From positions 275,990 through 339,989 of the forward strand of contig NIVC01001776.1 of assembly GCA_002269645.1 (NCBI GenBank): DNA of 64,000 bases. The letters run 5' to 3'. Positions within the stretch are counted from its first letter, which is position 1, and every line of letters begins with the position of its first letter. The notes under the pieces are model-generated. The model worked only from the letters and a program-made list of their open reading frames with translations. It did not search any database and was not told the origin of the DNA. Positions 60,832 to 64,000 of this stretch are shown here, piece by piece. A program made the position numbers and the translations under genes. This DNA is from Macrostomum lignano. Lineage: Eukaryota.

Positions 60832-62795
60832 TCAGAGTTTCCCACCGCTTGGTTCGCGCCCGCCGGGCTGCAGCAGGCCGGAGTCAAGCGACGGCTCCCA
60901 GATAATTTTCTGCACCTCTTTGAAGTGCGGGTGCGAGGCGTCGCGAAGCAGAGCCAAGACTGCCGACTCCGATGTGGTCAGCCAGCACCCTGCCGACTTC
61001 ATCCGGTCCAGGGCGTACATTCTGAATGGGGGATTAATGACAGAAGTATGCATGAGTAGAGAGCCACGTTATTGATTTACCTCACGATTACTTCTGGTTG
61101 AGGTACTCAAAAGGGGGGGGTTGAGTCAACCTAAGGATCTGGGAGACTGACAGTGACAACATGAGGATCTGGCAGTGTGATCTAACATGAAGATCTGGCA
61201 GTGTGATCTAACATGAGGATCTGGCAGTGTAATCTAACATGAGGATCTGGCAGTGTGATCTAACATGAAGATCTGGCAGTGTGATCTAACATGAGGATCT
61301 GGCAGTGTAATCTAACATGAGGATCTGGCAGTGTGATCTAACATGAGGATCTGGCAGTTTTATCTAATATGAGGATCTGGCAGTGTGATCTAACATGAAG
61401 ATCTGGCAGTGATCTAACATGAGAATCTGGCAGTGATCTAACATGAGAATCTGGCAGTGTGATCTAACTTGAGGATCTGACAGTGACTCAACATGAGGAT
61501 CTGACAGTGACTCAACATGAGGATCTGACAGTGACTCAACATGAGGATCTGGCAGTGACTCAACATGAGGATCTGGCAGTGACTCAACATGATGATCTGA
61601 CAGTGACTCAACATGAGGATCTGACAGTGACTCAACATGAAAATTCTTGAGAAAGTTCAGCCTCAAACTCTGGAATGTAGATTTTTAACTGACAAAACTT
61701 AAATTTAAACAGCAACTATTGAAAATATATTTTTAAAAACTACTGACAAGGCTCTGTCCTCACCTGTCCACCGGATTCCTGGAACTAACAGCATCAACAA
61801 TCACGTGCACCTGAAAATTCTTCTCGAGCAGGTCCAGACTTGTTTGCTGAACGCAGGCGTGAGCTTCGATGCCGCACAGCAGAACCGAGTCAATTTCGGA
61901 CGGTAGGGCGGACATGACGGCATTGACGCACATTGAGAACTGGGTCTTGTCTATAACAGTGACTACTGAGAGGTCGCCGAGTTCAGGAACTGTATGACCG
62001 AGACCTGGAATGCCATCAGGGTAGAGATGCCTGCTGAGTCATTGAGTCGTGAGTAGAGGGTAGATATGCCTGCTGAGTCATTGAGTAGGTGAGTAGGGGG
62101 TAGAGATGCCTGCTGAGTCATTGAGTAGGTGAGTAGGGGGTAGAGATGCCTGCTGAGTCATTGAGTAGGTGAGTAGGGGGTAGAGATGCCTGCTGAGTCA
62201 TTGAGTAGGTGAGTAGGGGGTAGAGATGCCTGCTGAGTCATTGAGTAGGTGAGTAGGGGGTAGAGATGCCTGCTGAGTCATTGAGTGGTAGAGATGCCTG
62301 CTGAGTCATTGAGTAGGTGAGTAGGTGGTAGAGATACCTGCTGAGTTATTGAGTGGTAGAGATGCCTGCTGAGTCATTGAGTCGTGAGTAGGGGGTAGAT
62401 ATGCCTGCTGAGTCATTGAGTAGGTGAGTAGGGGGTAGAGATGCCTGCTGAGTCATTGAGTAGGTGAGTAGGGGGTAGAGATGCCTGCTGAGTCATTGAG
62501 TCGTGAGTAGGGGGTAGAGATGCCTGCTGAGTCATTGAAAAGGGAGAAAGACTGCAAATAGATAACTCCAATGTCAGAAATGTGAATCAATGCCACACTC
62601 ACCTTTGGGATACTGCTCAGTGACAAAGACTGGCATCTTTATTATCTGACAGGCTCGCAGCATCCGAGAAGAAGTGTCAACAATGGCAGGAAAGTGAGTG
62701 ATTGTTTTCCGGAATTTCTCTTGCATGTCACACAAAAACAGGGCTGTGCGATTGGAGTTGAGCTTGCCAACACAGCGTACCACTGCAGATGCCAT
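60832..62795 (-). CDS. ISOC2: isochorismatase domain-containing protein (ISOC2-like), 207 aa
   Basis: Exons 62795-62603, 62004-61764 and 61021-60832 (624 nt, phases match). Motifs [62 protein letters not shown] short N-terminus favours ISOC2 over ISOC1. Confidence 0.9.
61140..61640. repeat. 24-26-bp minisatellite, ISOC intron 2
   Basis: GAGGATCTGGCAGTGTGATCTAACAT and CAGTGACTCAACATGAGGATCTGA units. Confidence 0.93.
62020..62537. repeat. 40-bp minisatellite, ISOC intron 1
   Basis: About 13 copies of GTAGAGATGCCTGCTGAGTCATTGAGTAGGTGAGTAGGGG. Confidence 0.95.
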
Positions 62796-62900
62796 TGCTT
62801 AGCATGCATTCAATCAGTTTGCTATAACATATTTGCAAAATGTGAAAACTGTTGAACTCATTTTAATCAGTCATCGATTTTTGAGGCACTTTTATGAATA

Positions 62901-64000
62901 CGAGAGAGGGCTGTCAGAAAAGTTTTGCTTATTGACCAATATATATATTTGTAAGTTACGTAACGAAATGCGGCTAAGCCCAGGCCACTGCCTGGTATAT
63001 AAAGTGCCTGTTACAAAAATGGCTTGAAATCTCGAAACCTAGCTTTACAGCAGACAATTTACAAGTCCTATTATGAACACCTCCGTTTTGCAAAAAAAGC
63101 TTCTCTAAAGAAGACAAACGAACCAGTATCAAGTTTCATAACTTGCTTGGGCTGTCTCCAACAGAGACACACGCCAGCATGCATCGAGCCATGGCATGAG
63201 ACTCTTGCCCGTCATGACACTATTCGTCGCTGGATGGCAGGTGTTCTTGACGGCAAGGAGGACGTTCATGACGAACCTCGAAGTGGAAGGCCCTGTTCAG
63301 CGCGAACAACACAGTTGGCGCAGAAGGTGGAAGCTGCTCTGCAAGAGGATCGCCGTGTCACCACTAATCAGCTGGCTGAGTCTACAGTCTACTGGCATGT
63401 CTCATGACAAAATCCATAAGGTGCTGACTGAAGCTCTTGGAGTCAGGAAGATTTGCGCGAGGTGGGTGCCTCACATCCTGTCAGAGGAGCAGAATGTCTG
63501 CTGCACACTGAGTCTACTGGCGTGTCTCATGACACAATCCATAAGGTGCTGACTGAAGATCTTGGAGTCAGGAAGATTGGCGCGAGGTGGGTGCCTCACA
63601 TCCTGTCAGAGGAGCAGAAGGTCTGCCGCACAACTCTCAGAGCAGCTCATCTGCAAAGACACAGGCGCGAGGGGCTTCAGTTTCTTCAGAGAATCGTGGC
63701 TTGTGATGAGACTTGGGCTCACTCGCGGGAGGCTGAACTGAAGCGGCAGAGCGCATCTTGGTGCCGGCCTGGCTCTCCAAGGCCAGTGAAGGCTGCGGGG
63801 AGCATTGCTCAGCTGGAAATCATGCATGTGACTTTCTTTGATCGCGAGGGCATCATCTTCGATCAGGCTGTTCCTGCCAGCCGGACAGTCAATGGTGACT
63901 ATTATCTGCAAGTGCTGCACAAGGTGCAAAGAGCCATTCGCGACAAAAGGCCAAGCTTGCACGCCCACGGCCCAATCCTGCTGCAAGACAACCAGGGTTT
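62901..64000 (+). mobile_element. mariner (DD34D) transposon, disrupted, truncated by window edge
   Basis: TA|CGAG..GGGCTGTCAGAAAAGT mariner-like end. The transposase pieces read DEPRSGRP, EDRRVT, ARWVPHIL, CDETW, TVNGDYY and LLQDN. Frameshifts, a 7-bp duplication and a 125-bp duplication disrupt it. Confidence 0.9.

Overview
Eukaryotic (animal) genomic DNA. It has GC-rich exons, GT-AG introns that nearly all carry a private minisatellite, and many transposons. The style best fits the flatworm Macrostomum lignano; this is an inference I cannot verify here. From left to right: a degenerate Mag-type Ty3/Gypsy element (1-~3220, minus) lies about 400 bp past the last visible exon of a spliced telomerase reverse transcriptase gene. 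That TERT has 4 phase-consistent exons (7681->3616) with QFP, T, 1, 2, A, B', C, D and E motifs, no TEN domain, and no thumb in the window. Six more minus-strand genes follow: a GCKR/MurQ-like SIS protein, a 7-finger C2H2 protein, a universal stress protein with an in-frame stop, a 5-exon DEG/ENaC subunit, a C8orf33/UPF0488 homologue and an orphan coiled-coil gene. Next come two nested Mutator/Foldback-type elements, each with a perfect 9-bp TSD, and an EnSpm-like element containing a hAT MITE. Then there are two intronless PAN + C-type-lectin genes (plus strand) that are ~99% identical 5' and abruptly divergent in the sugar-binding half, followed by ISOC2 and a dead mariner. Best leads: (1) a TEN-less, short-IFD TERT interrupted by a retrotransposon, with TTAGGG-bearing minisatellites nearby; (2) the lectin pair with a sharp conversion boundary and EPN versus EPD sites; (3) a GCKR homologue with the exact bacterial MurQ motif DASECPPTFG; (4) the FB-NOF-like nested transposon. 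No rRNA, tRNA or CRISPR array was found. Exon coordinates were derived by hand from splice sites and phase matching; repeat boundaries are approximate.
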